A stretch of 39,528 nt of DNA from an uncultured Desulfovibrionaceae bacterium (GTDB taxonomy: Bacteria > Desulfobacterota > Desulfovibrionia > Desulfovibrionales > Desulfovibrionaceae), in assembly GCA_964371955.1 (NCBI GenBank), contig CAYJPB010000005.1:1-39528 (forward strand). The letters run 5' to 3'. How positions within the stretch are numbered: the stretch's first letter is position 1; every line of letters begins with the position of its first letter. The translations under genes and the position numbers were made by a program. The notes under the pieces were generated by a model. The model made no database searches and was not told the DNA's origin. It worked only from the letters and a program-made list of their open reading frames with translations. Positions 1-8,824 of the stretch are shown here, one piece after another.

Positions 1-2005
1 CATTTTCCATATATGTGTATGTATATTCGCCTGTACTGAGGTTTACTTCATATTCACCCATATATGTTTGAACGGTAAGAAAATCTACACTTTCCCCATT
101 TACTTGCTTTGTAACTATTTGATACGTTTCACCGCGGCCGTCTAAATTGCCATTGTCGTCTATTGTTGCTTCAAAACTCCAAAGTTTTGCGCCAATCACT
201 TTACTGCCTGCAACAAAATTATCAATTTGCCCACTCACTGAAACATCATCTTGAGCAATTTCAAGATGTTCTTGAGTGTCATTGAGATTGATAATGTCTT
301 TGTCAAGAATATTCACGCCCAAAGAAGCGCTGTCAGAAGCGGTATCGCCATCGGCATCGGTAATTGTTGCATCTTGAGAAAAGTTAAGTTGAATTTCAAA
401 TTCCGAACCCTCAGCAACAGTAGAATTTTGTTGGAAAAGCACACCTTCCGGAGTGAAGGTTATGGATACATTTTGGTGTGCACCATGTCCCCAAATTCCG
501 CCGTGAAGAACGATATTTCCATCTTCAAGAACAGGATTGCCTTCACCGTCTACCTTGAGATAGAGTTTTATTTCTCTCATACCAAAATCGACAGTATCTA
601 TAAAAAGCCCTGTTGAAATTCCATTCACGGCAGCAGAATAATCGCCAACAATTTCTCCATTTACAACAGTCAATACCGGTTCACCGTCTTTGCCCAGCAT
701 GGTGGCAGTGTTTTGAACTACCAAACTTCCTTCACCGTCGGCGCCGTAATCGTAGGTGACATTGCCCTGTGCGTCTTCATTAAAATAGTCACTGAAATTA
801 AATTCTTTTTCAGTGCCGTTATACACAAGTTCGGTAAGTTCCAAAGCATCTTCGTGCAGTTCAACATCAATACTCGGCCCATCATCAACAAATGAAATAT
901 TTCCGCCAAGATCAAGTTCTACATCTTGCGAAGAAGAAAGCCCGTCAGAGTCTGTAACTGTGACTGTTGCGTTGGCGCTTACAAGATTATCAGGAAATGC
1001 ATTAAAAATTTCATCAGGATTTGTGCTGTCTGCATGGTCGATTGGTTTGCTGATATCCATGCTGATAACCCCGTCATCAGACATACTTAAGCGAAACACT
1101 TCTTCACCGTTTGCAGTTCCGATAACATCACCTGTAGCGGGATCTGCAACTAAAATAATAGGAACATTACCGCTTGTCATTCCTGTATCGGCATTTTGAA
1201 TTGTCAGTGAAAATTCTGAAATTACAGGCGGATTTGTAGAGGTGGAGGAACCTGTTTGTACTGATAAAGAAGAAAGAACGGCATCGGCAAAATCAGTTGT
1301 ATTGTCGCTTAGGTCTGTATCGGCAGAGCGGGTATGTTCATCAAATACTTTTAATTGCGAAAGAGACTCAACCGCGGACAGGTCTATAGTGAGTGTTGGG
1401 GGAGTAGGGGGAACAGTCGGCGGTTGTGGACTTGGTTCAGGTTGTGCCGGTTGGGAAGGTTGGGATGGAGTTGATATGCCCGGAAAAGAAGGGGTAGAGG
1501 GCGGATTTAAAGAATTATTCTCAAGAGGAGAGCTTACAGGCAAATCAAGTTCGCTTTCTGATTCTGACGATGCAAGGCTTGGCATACCGTCTTGAAGGAA
1601 TGAATCAGCATCATAAGACGAAGATCCCAAAATTCCGCTATTGGCGCTTACACCATCGGCAAGTGATAAAAATTCAACGTCACTGTTTAGATTATTGCCT
1701 CTTTCTTGATCCAATTCACCGGCTGCCGGCATAAGCGTAGGATCAAGAGCGGCAAAAAAGTCTTCTCCGCTGACTTCAAAACCGTCTATAATAAAATCAG
1801 GTATGAACTCATCATTATAGACATTATAAAATCCTTCTAAGGTAAGACTTGAACCATTATCAAAAGAAATAACTAAGTTATTGTCAATTTGCTCAAACAA
1901 AGCCTCAGAAATATCAAAATCAAATGATATATTTTCTGTATCAACCGTTGCGGATTGTGTAATATGTTCGTTGGGTAAGGGTATAGAAAGAAAGAGTTCA
2001 GACAT
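1..2005 (-). CDS. N-terminal ~668 codons of a giant secreted LapA/RTX-type adhesin (3' end runs off the window): retention-module-like N-terminus, Pro-rich linker, T1SS-143/DUF5801-like repeats
   Basis: Absent from the ORF track because it has no stop in the window. My reverse-complement reading from the ATG at 2005-2003 (GGAG about 7 nt upstream) gives MSELFLSIPLPNEHITQSATVDTENISFDFDISEALFEQIDNNLVISFDNGSSLTLEGFY... The frame was checked codon by codon around 1200-1400 and at 1-61 (…MGEYEVNLSTGEYTYTYMEN) with no stops. Motifs seen: PAAG at residues 93-96, linker PPSTPSFPGISTPSQPSQPAQPEPSPQPPTVPPTPP, and VTVTDSDG, FVDDGPS, YGADGEG. Confidence 0.8.
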   Translation of the reverse strand, partial: MSELFLSIPLPNEHITQSATVDTENISFDFDISEALFEQIDNNLVISFDNGSSLTLEGFYNVYNDEFIPDFIIDGFEVSGEDFFAALDPTLMPAAGELDQERGNNLNSDVEFLSLADGVSANSGILGSSSYDADSFLQDGMPSLASSESESELDLPVSSPLENNSLNPPSTPSFPGISTPSQPSQPAQPEPSPQPPTVPPTPPTLTIDLSAVESLSQLKVFDEHTRSADTDLSDNTTDFADAVLSSLSVQTGSSTSTNPPVISEFSLTIQNADTGMTSGNVPIILVADPATGDVIGTANGEEVFRLSMSDDGVISMDISKPIDHADSTNPDEIFNAFPDNLVSANATVTVTDSDGLSSSQDVELDLGGNISFVDDGPSIDVELHEDALELTELVYNGTEKEFNFSDYFNEDAQGNVTYDYGADGEGSLVVQNTATMLGKDGEPVLTVVNGEIVGDYSAAVNGISTGLFIDTVDFGMREIKLYLKVDGEGNPVLEDGNIVLHGGIWGHGAHQNVSITFTPEGVLFQQNSTVAEGSEFEIQLNFSQDATITDADGDTASDSASLGVNILDKDIINLNDTQEHLEIAQDDVSVSGQIDNFVAGSKVIGAKLWSFEATIDDNGNLDGRGETYQIVTKQVNGESVDFLTVQTYMGEYEVNLSTGEYTYTYMEN

Positions 2006-2412
2006 AGTCAATCTCCAAATTAATTGCTTAAAATGTATTAATAGAATTTATATTGGGGGAGTAAATTATGTAATAAAAATTTTCAAAAAAATGAAATGTA
2101 AATGTTCTACGCAGAGTATCTGCGCCTGCGTCCCTATATAAATTAAGGTAGGTGCAATAAAATAAGCCTGTCTATAACAATCAAAGAATCAGCGCCTATT
2201 TTTTCTTTCGATATTAATCATCGTTAAAGAACAGTCGCGATAATATACACAATAGAATAAAATGTCAAGAAATCTTATTTATTCGTGAATAACTAAAAAA
2301 AGTAAGGATTTGTTCAATGATTTCAATGGATACGAATAAAATTTCAGCACAATACGGATTGCATAAAGGTCATAATTTCGAGAATTATTCCTTCAGTATG
2401 TAGAATAGAGTC

Positions 2413-3615
2413 TTATGCGTGCTCGCTTTCAATATAGTCTTTTAATCTCTGCATTGCTTTTTGGAGGTTTTCTAAAGAATTTGCGTAAGAAAGTCGCAAA
2501 TATCCCTCTGTTTGCGATCCAAATTCACTGCCCGGCGTTACGGCAACATGCGCTTTATTCAAAATGTCATACGTCAAATCAATGGAAGAACCATTAAAAC
2601 GTTTTGCCAAATGCCGCGCGTTCACAAGCACATAAAAAGCTCCTTCGGGCTCGACAGGAATGTGGAAACCAAGTTCGCGCAAGGCTGTTAGCAGGTATAC
2701 ACGTCTTTCGTTATACGCTTCACGCATGGCTTGTACATCTTTTTCAGCATGCGTTAAAGCGTGCACGCCGGCACATTGCGCCATAGTATTGGTAGATAAA
2801 AAGAAATTTTGCATGAGAACGGTAAGCGGTTTTACATATTCTTTTGGCACAATGCAATAGCCAAGACGCCAGCCTGTCATGGCGTAAGCTTTTGAAAAAC
2901 CATTAAATACAAGAGCGTTTTGAGTAAATTCCAAAATGCTGTGATTTTTTTTGCCGTAGCTGAGTCCGTGGTATATTTCGTCTGAAATAATAAGGGGGCT
3001 CAGCCCGTTATTTGTTTTTGCAAAATCATCACGCACTTTTACAATTGCTTCCATCCTTTCTTTATCCATAACAATGCCAGTGGGGTTTGCCGGAGAATTT
3101 ATTAAAATTGCTTTTGTTTTTTCATTTAAAGCCATTGCAAGATCGTCTGTTTTAAATTGGAAGCCGTCTTCTTCATACGTGAGCACTTCACGCACTTGAG
3201 CGCCCGTAAAGCGCACAAAATTGCTGTAACAAGCATAAGAGGGGTTTGAAATAATAACTTCATCATTTTGACTGAGTAAGGCAGAAAATACAAGGTACAT
3301 AGCCGGAGAAGAGCCTGAAAAAATAAGCACTTGTTCAGGGGCAATTGTCACATTGTAGTGTTTATTATAATGTGTGGCAACAGCTTCTTGTAATTGCGCA
3401 GTGCCTTGCGAGGCTGTGTAATGCGTTTTACCCTCGTCTAAAGCATTTTTTCCCGCTTCAATGATGCATGTAGGTGTGTCAAAATCCGGCTCACCTATTT
3501 CTAAATGTATAACATCAATGCCACTTTCTTGCATTGTTTGTGCTTTATGCAAAATTTCCATAACGAGGAATGGGCTCACTTGCGCACAGCGTTCTGCCAA
3601 TGAAACTAATGTCAT
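2413..3615 (-). CDS. PLP-dependent class I/II aminotransferase (AspC-like)
   Basis: 400-aa ORF. It has GEPDF, NPSNPTG-like SPANPTG and the PLP-lysine motif FSKAYAMTGWRLGY. AAGGAAG RBS upstream. Confidence 0.85.
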   Translation of the reverse strand: MTLVSLAERCAQVSPFLVMEILHKAQTMQESGIDVIHLEIGEPDFDTPTCIIEAGKNALDEGKTHYTASQGTAQLQEAVATHYNKHYNVTIAPEQVLIFSGSSPAMYLVFSALLSQNDEVIISNPSYACYSNFVRFTGAQVREVLTYEEDGFQFKTDDLAMALNEKTKAILINSPANPTGIVMDKERMEAIVKVRDDFAKTNNGLSPLIISDEIYHGLSYGKKNHSILEFTQNALVFNGFSKAYAMTGWRLGYCIVPKEYVKPLTVLMQNFFLSTNTMAQCAGVHALTHAEKDVQAMREAYNERRVYLLTALRELGFHIPVEPEGAFYVLVNARHLAKRFNGSSIDLTYDILNKAHVAVTPGSEFGSQTEGYLRLSYANSLENLQKAMQRLKDYIESEHA

Positions 3616-3745
3616 AGCGCTTCCTTATAAGTTAAATTTTTCTATTGTGAGAGAAATGTATTGTATTCCTCTTCAGAAATTCATACTTCAAGCAGAAAAA
3701 TAACTCATTTCACAAAAAAGTCAATATTCCCGAAATTGGCGTACA

Positions 3746-3955
3746 GGGTTAACGCAAGAAAAAATGGTAAGAAATTCGAGAGGGGTAAAACCCGCCTTGA
3801 TGTGCTAGGTTTTCCCCCTCTCGAGCTCCCCCCCCCGGAGGGATAATCCCTTTCCTTGCGAATTTTTTAATAGAGGAATAGAAATGTTTTCAACATGCTA
3901 AAATAATTATATTTTATAAGAATGGCTGTTGTGAAAAAAAATCTTGCGTTTGCCC
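3746..3955. mobile_element. MITE-like element, second type (~210 bp) with imperfect 14-bp terminal inverted repeats and flanking direct repeat
   Basis: Left end GGGTTAACGCAAGA (3746-3759) versus reverse complement of the right end GGGCAAACGCAAGA (3942-3955), 12/14 identical. It is flanked by GAAATTGGCGTA (3732-3743) and GAATTGGCGTA (3957-3967). Internally there is a 17-bp-stem hairpin at 3776-3824 and an imperfect palindrome at 3837-3855, followed by a GCGAAT…TCAACAT module resembling the other repeat family. Confidence 0.45.
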
Positions 3956-4059
3956 TGAATTGGCGTATCAAAAACTTGATAAATATCCTCTTGCTTTTTT
4001 TGAGAATTTGCATATACTATTTGAATAAAGCAGTGAGATTTTCCAAAGGGTTATCTCCG

Positions 4060-4248
4060 CACGTGAATCCGCTTTGTAGCCAAATTAAAAAATATTTATT
4101 AATAACATACGATTATAAACTTCACTTGCACATAAAAACAAATAAGGTTTCCAAAGGGGATTATCCCCTTTGGGCGCGCCGCAGGCGAATATAATTCATG
4201 TCAACATCATTTTAAATTTATACTTTGGCTATAAAAGGGATTGTCGTG
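4060..4248 (+). mobile_element. MITE-like element, family A copy 1 (189 bp)
   Basis: TIRs are CACGTGAATCCGCTTTGTAGCCAA (4060-4083) and TTGGCTATAAAAGGGATTGTCGTG (4225-4248). Flanks are TTATCTCCG (4051-4059) and TTATCCCCG (4250-4258), a near-identical 9-mer offset by 1 nt. Internal perfect-arm palindrome CCAAAGGGGATTATCCCCTTTGG at 4151-4173. The right half aligns with the 30.4-kb copy. Confidence 0.6.
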
Positions 4249-4367
4249 CTTATCCCCGTGGGAGTAATTCCCTTGACCCTGTTGAAAGCGAATCATACTT
4301 TTGTCAACTTCCTAAAAAATAATACGTATTTTTAGATAAAACAAACTACTTGGCTTAGGAGATTTTA

Positions 4368-5966
4368 TTGAAAACGAGTATGGGCATAGCCGCATTATTG
4401 ATGGGTTTTAGCGTGTTATTGTCGCGCTTTATGGGATTGATACGAGATAAAGTGATTTCGTGGCAGTTCGGTGCAGGCGGCGATGCGGACATATATTTTG
4501 CGGCATTTGTAATACCGGATTTTATCAATTATTTACTTGCAGGTGGCTATCTTTCTATAACGCTTATTCCATTTTTAGCGGAAAAATTCCAAAAGGAAGA
4601 AGAGTGCGAAAGTGGGGAAGAAAAGCTTGCTGTAAAAGATAGTTGGCATTTTTTCGGCACGGTATTTTCATGGGCTGCATTGGCAATAACTTCGCTTACC
4701 GTGCTTGCTTTTATTTTCGCTCCGCAACTCACTCAAATTATTGCGCCGGGTTTTGACGAGGGGCAACACGCGCGCTTGGCGTACTTTTTGAGGATAATCT
4801 TATTTGCTCAAGTATTTTTTCTGCTTGGAGCGTGCTTTTCATCAATATTGTATGTGCGCAAACAATTTTTAGTTCCGGCACTTATGCCAATAATTTATAA
4901 TGGATTTATTTTGCTGTTCGGAACGCTCTTTCCCTTGCTTGGTTTGGGCGAGGGTATGGAGGGCTTTTGCTATGGAGTATTGCTCGGCGCTTTTATGGGA
5001 GCGTTCTTGCTGCCGTGGTATGCTGTGTACAAAGGCGGTTTGGAATGGAATTTTTCGCTCAAGCATAAGGATTTCAAGAAATTTTTAATTATTGCTCTTC
5101 CTTTGATGATTGGGCAATCCGTGGTGGTGCTTGATGAACAATTTGTACGTATTTTCGGCTCTATGGCAGGAGATGGTGCAGTAAGTCTTCTCAATTATGC
5201 ACGGCGAATTATGCTGGTGCCTGTTGGGGTTGTTGCGCAGGCGGCGGCATTGGCATCGTTTCCTTTTTTGGCAAGTCTTTTGGCAAGGAATGAAGTTGAA
5301 CAATTTAATCAAAGTTTACAAAAAGCGCTTAATTCCTCCTTATTGTTGATTATTCCGATTTCTGCATTTATGATAATGCAGAGCGAGAATATCATCGGCT
5401 TTATATTTGAGGGCGGCGTATTTTCTGAGGAAGATACACGAGTGGCAACACCGCTTTTACAAATTATGCTGATATCAGTACCTTTTTGGGCAATTCAGCA
5501 AATAGTAGGGCGAGCGTTTTACGCAAAACAAGATACCGTAACACCGGCTGTTGTAGGCACAATCGCAACTTTTGCCGTTGTTCCTCTTTATTATTATTTT
5601 ACACCGATATACGGCGCATTTTTTGTAGCACTTATGACAAGTGTTTCCGTGATAACATACACACTGCTACTCGTACTTGTATGGCATAAAAAGAGCGATT
5701 CTGATTTATTGCTTCAAAGCACAAAAATGTTTCTGCGTTCTCTTTTCTTGGTTTTACCTCCTACATTTTTCTCACTGTACCTCACACAAAGATTTGCGCT
5801 TTATTTCGTAGATTTTTCACCATTATTAAGACAGTTTACAGAATTGTGTGTGAGTGGTATAATTTTTGGCATGCTGTGGCTTTTGCTTGTGTATAATTTA
5901 CAAAAAGAAGATTTTCTCAGTCTTATTCAGCCCTTTTTGCGGAAAATTAATAGGAGGCAGGTATAA
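4368..5966 (+). CDS. murJ: Lipid II flippase MurJ (MviN family)
   Basis: 532-aa polytopic ORF. The N-terminus LSRFMGLIRDKVISWQFGAGGDADIYFAAFVIPDF matches the MurJ signature. TTG start with AGGAG 6 nt upstream. Confidence 0.85.
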   Translation: MKTSMGIAALLMGFSVLLSRFMGLIRDKVISWQFGAGGDADIYFAAFVIPDFINYLLAGGYLSITLIPFLAEKFQKEEECESGEEKLAVKDSWHFFGTVFSWAALAITSLTVLAFIFAPQLTQIIAPGFDEGQHARLAYFLRIILFAQVFFLLGACFSSILYVRKQFLVPALMPIIYNGFILLFGTLFPLLGLGEGMEGFCYGVLLGAFMGAFLLPWYAVYKGGLEWNFSLKHKDFKKFLIIALPLMIGQSVVVLDEQFVRIFGSMAGDGAVSLLNYARRIMLVPVGVVAQAAALASFPFLASLLARNEVEQFNQSLQKALNSSLLLIIPISAFMIMQSENIIGFIFEGGVFSEEDTRVATPLLQIMLISVPFWAIQQIVGRAFYAKQDTVTPAVVGTIATFAVVPLYYYFTPIYGAFFVALMTSVSVITYTLLLVLVWHKKSDSDLLLQSTKMFLRSLFLVLPPTFFSLYLTQRFALYFVDFSPLLRQFTELCVSGIIFGMLWLLLVYNLQKEDFLSLIQPFLRKINRRQV

Positions 5967-6832
5967 TGGAAGTAGTAGTTGCACGTCATGCAGGCTTTTG
6001 TATGGGCGTTGATATGGCGCTGAAAAAATTAGATCAAGCCATTGCCGAAAGTATAAATGAAGTTGTTGCCACTATAGGGCCGATTATTCATAACCCACAA
6101 GTATTGCAAGAATATAAAGAAAAAAATGTACAGATATTACAAGATATTGATGAAGTAAAGCAGGGCATGAGCGTGCTTATTCGCGCGCACGGTATCCCGC
6201 AAAAGGACGAAAAAATTGTCCGTTCAATTGATGCTAAATTTATTGATGCGACGTGCCCTAAAGTAAAATCTGCACAAATTTCGGTTGCTAAAGCAACAGA
6301 AAAAGCCAAAGCTGACTCAATATTATTATTATATGGAGAGGAAGATCACCCCGAGGTGAAAGGGCTTGTTTCATATTCGGCAATTCCTTATCATATTTTT
6401 TCCAACCCTGAGGAAATATATACTTGCCTTTCTCGTTTTCCCGAAAACTTTATTGTGGCGGCACAGACAACACAAGATAAAGAAATTTATAAAGAATTTA
6501 CAAAGAAGCTTAAAAATCTCGCATTTGGAAGTGTTGAAATCCTCAATACCATTTGTAATGCCACAAGCGAAAGACAAGAAGCGGTGAGAGAGCTTGTGGG
6601 CAAAGTGGATGTTTTCATCGTCGTCGGCGGAAAAACAAGCGGAAACACCAGAAGGTTGGCCGAGATTGCCGCCTCGTATAACTTGCCGACGCACCATATA
6701 GAAACAGTTCAGGAACTCAACCTACAAGACTTTTCTCAAAATACACGCTTTGGTTTGAGTGCGGGCGCTTCAACCCCAAGAAAATATATAGATGAAGTGA
6801 AAAATGCTATACAGGCATACAAACGTTCTTAA
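5966..6832 (+). CDS. ispH: 4-hydroxy-3-methylbut-2-enyl diphosphate reductase (IspH/LytB)
   Basis: 288 aa. It has the HAGFCMGV N-terminal Cys motif and a later ATCP Cys motif (DATCPKV). The start overlaps the murJ stop (TAATG). Confidence 0.9.
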   Translation: MEVVVARHAGFCMGVDMALKKLDQAIAESINEVVATIGPIIHNPQVLQEYKEKNVQILQDIDEVKQGMSVLIRAHGIPQKDEKIVRSIDAKFIDATCPKVKSAQISVAKATEKAKADSILLLYGEEDHPEVKGLVSYSAIPYHIFSNPEEIYTCLSRFPENFIVAAQTTQDKEIYKEFTKKLKNLAFGSVEILNTICNATSERQEAVRELVGKVDVFIVVGGKTSGNTRRLAEIAASYNLPTHHIETVQELNLQDFSQNTRFGLSAGASTPRKYIDEVKNAIQAYKRS

Positions 6833-6946
6833 TAGATAAATCACGTTAATACGCCTTTTTATAGAAAACACTCTAAAGTATTTTTAAATATTGCCGTTTA
6901 GCTTTTTGTAATTGGTTAAATACAAAGACATGATTTATCATCAAGG

Positions 6947-7903
6947 TTGAAAGTTAGTATGAAAAATATATCGCACACCTATATAATTCCATTTGTCACA
7001 ACGCTTTTTGTGACAATGCCGTGTGCACTGGTTTTTGCGGGAGCACCCTCGGAAGATTATTTTGAGCAAGAAAATCTTGTGCAAGCAGCACCTGTGCATG
7101 CTTCTTCTGTAGCAAATCCTGTAACTTCTCCCGCTTCAACGGTGACGGTTGCTCAACCTACACATAGCGTACAAAGAATAAGTTCTCCGCCGCCTACAGT
7201 TGTTCCTACTGCGCATATTGTGAGTACGGTTGATTGCCCACCTGTTGAAACAAGTTCTGTGCTTGCTCAACATTCTGCACCTGTTCAAACAAACACGATA
7301 ACGCATACAACTACTCCTGTTGTGCCCGTACAAGCGCAGTCACCTGCTCCAACACGAATTTCTTACCCTGAGCCGCCCAGAACGCTCTATCATGGCGATA
7401 CTATCTATATCGATGAACAAAGACTTGAAATGACAGAATTAAAGCTACAGGTTCGTGAACTTGCAAGTCAATTGCTTGATCACTATCCCGGAGTGGCATT
7501 ACAAGGAATGATTGCATTTCCCACTTCCTTTGTAAATCTCAGTAACTTTCATGAGACGTCTGACTTAGGGCGCTATATTCCCGAAGCCTTGATATATGAA
7601 TTCAATTTGCGTGGTTTTCCTGTTGCGGAATATCGCTTAGACGGAAGAATTTCTCTTAATAGTCACGGTGAATTTGCGCTTACTCGAGATATAAACGATG
7701 TCTACTACAGCGACAATGAAGTTGTGCTTGTAGGAACATTTCTTGAAGAAGACAACGGTATTTTTGTAAACGCGCGCTTAGTGCGAAGCGACGGAATGGT
7801 TTTGAGAACAGCACAAATTTTGATTCCTATGAACGATATGATTGCCGATATGTCTGCAACTCCTCGCCTCACAAGCGGTGGAATTCCAATAATAGGGTAT
7901 TGA
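6947..7903 (+). CDS. Secreted protein: signal peptide, ~110-aa Pro/Thr/Ser/Val-rich linker, C-terminal FlgO-like (TolB-N/LpoB-like) domain
   Basis: 318-aa ORF; an alternative ATG lies at 6959. The C-terminal segment IAFPTSFVNLSNFHETSDLGRYIPEALIYEFNLRGFPVAEYRL…VLVGTFLEEDNGIFVNARLVRSDGMVLRTAQ has the pattern I associate with FlgO family outer-membrane proteins. This is a motif-level call only. Confidence 0.5.
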   Translation: MKVSMKNISHTYIIPFVTTLFVTMPCALVFAGAPSEDYFEQENLVQAAPVHASSVANPVTSPASTVTVAQPTHSVQRISSPPPTVVPTAHIVSTVDCPPVETSSVLAQHSAPVQTNTITHTTTPVVPVQAQSPAPTRISYPEPPRTLYHGDTIYIDEQRLEMTELKLQVRELASQLLDHYPGVALQGMIAFPTSFVNLSNFHETSDLGRYIPEALIYEFNLRGFPVAEYRLDGRISLNSHGEFALTRDINDVYYSDNEVVLVGTFLEEDNGIFVNARLVRSDGMVLRTAQILIPMNDMIADMSATPRLTSGGIPIIGY

Positions 7904-7904
7904 T

Positions 7905-8186
7905 ATGATAAAATTTTTTCAAGGAAAAATGTGGCTTGTCGCTTCTTTGCTCTGTCTCATAACTCTTGCAGGTTGTTCGGGAAGCACTAGACTACTTCCG
8001 ACATCGGGAACAATTCGCGCTGATTCAAATTGGGAGTACGCTAACGAACTCAAGGCGCATGGCAGATACGAACTGGCAAGAGAATATTACCTCTTCGCAT
8101 TGGCAGAAGCAAAAACATACGAAGAACAACAATGGCTTGAAAGAGAATTATATACCATTGACTTACTTATAGAATCAAGAAGATAA
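7905..8186 (+). CDS. Small lipoprotein (93 aa), unknown function
   Basis: Signal peptide with lipobox LITLAGC. Tightly packed between the two FlgO-like genes (1-4 nt gaps). Confidence 0.6.
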   Translation: MIKFFQGKMWLVASLLCLITLAGCSGSTRLLPTSGTIRADSNWEYANELKAHGRYELAREYYLFALAEAKTYEEQQWLERELYTIDLLIESRR

Positions 8187-8190
8187 TGAT

Positions 8191-8793
8191 ATGAGAAGAA
8201 AATATTCACTCCTTATAATATTCATGCTATTACTGGCACTTTTACTGCCTCTCACCGCGGCTTCTTTCAGCCCTTATGGTGAACCGGAAGTGCCAAAAGC
8301 AGCAGAAGAAATAGTTGAAGAGCTTGATAGGCAACTGGAAGAAGTATATCTCAGCGAAGACTACCATCGCAGTGAAATTCCGATAGTATGCACTGTTCCT
8401 GTTTCCATAAACAATCTCCAGCTCACCAATCCGCTCTCTCGTCAAATGACGGAAGAACTTTCCACACAATTACTTATGCATGGGTATGCTGTTGACGAAT
8501 TGCGTAAAGCAAACGCGCTGAGTATTCTTCCGGGACAGGGCGAATTTATGCTCACCAGAGAAGTGGAAGAACTTGCCCTTACGCATGTCAGCGGTGTTGC
8601 TGTTATGACGGGTACATACACAGTGAGCACAGAAAGTGTACGCTACAGTATCAGCATTATACACTTGCCCACGAACAGAATTTTGGCAAAAGCCTCGGCA
8701 ACAGTGCCGATCAGAGATGAAATTCGTCACCTATTGTATGAGGACGCACCTTTGCCCCCCCTTATGCCAACCGTACAAACAAGATTAAACTAA
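8191..8793 (+). CDS. Secreted FlgO-like domain protein (paralog of the C-terminal domain of 6947..7903)
   Basis: 200 aa with signal peptide MRRKYSLLIIFMLLLALLLPLTAAS. The segment IPIVCTVPVSINNLQLTNPLSRQMTEELSTQLLMHGYAVDELR…VMTGTYTVSTESVRYSISIIHLPTNRILAKA mirrors the domain pattern of the upstream gene. Confidence 0.5.
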   Translation: MRRKYSLLIIFMLLLALLLPLTAASFSPYGEPEVPKAAEEIVEELDRQLEEVYLSEDYHRSEIPIVCTVPVSINNLQLTNPLSRQMTEELSTQLLMHGYAVDELRKANALSILPGQGEFMLTREVEELALTHVSGVAVMTGTYTVSTESVRYSISIIHLPTNRILAKASATVPIRDEIRHLLYEDAPLPPLMPTVQTRLN

Positions 8794-8824
8794 TCATATA
8801 CTTTCAAATAATTTAGGAGGAACA

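Noticed and set aside
813-1595. Plus-strand track ORFs 813..1199 and 1242..1595 (128 and 117 aa), plus other short ORFs between 251 and 2141
   Set aside because: They are low-complexity (Ser/Gly-rich) antisense shadows of the long minus-strand adhesin frame. That frame is open from 2005 to the window edge and has recognisable adhesin motifs.
3922-4194. 90-aa plus-strand ORF in the aminotransferase-murJ intergenic region
   Set aside because: It runs straight across the MITE-like repeats and their palindromes. It has no RBS and no recognisable protein features.
3776-4276. Cluster of G4/C4-containing palindromes that could be mistaken for a small CRISPR array
   Set aside because: The palindromes differ in sequence and are irregularly spaced. 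They sit inside TIR-bounded elements. There are no uniform repeat-spacer units and no cas genes.
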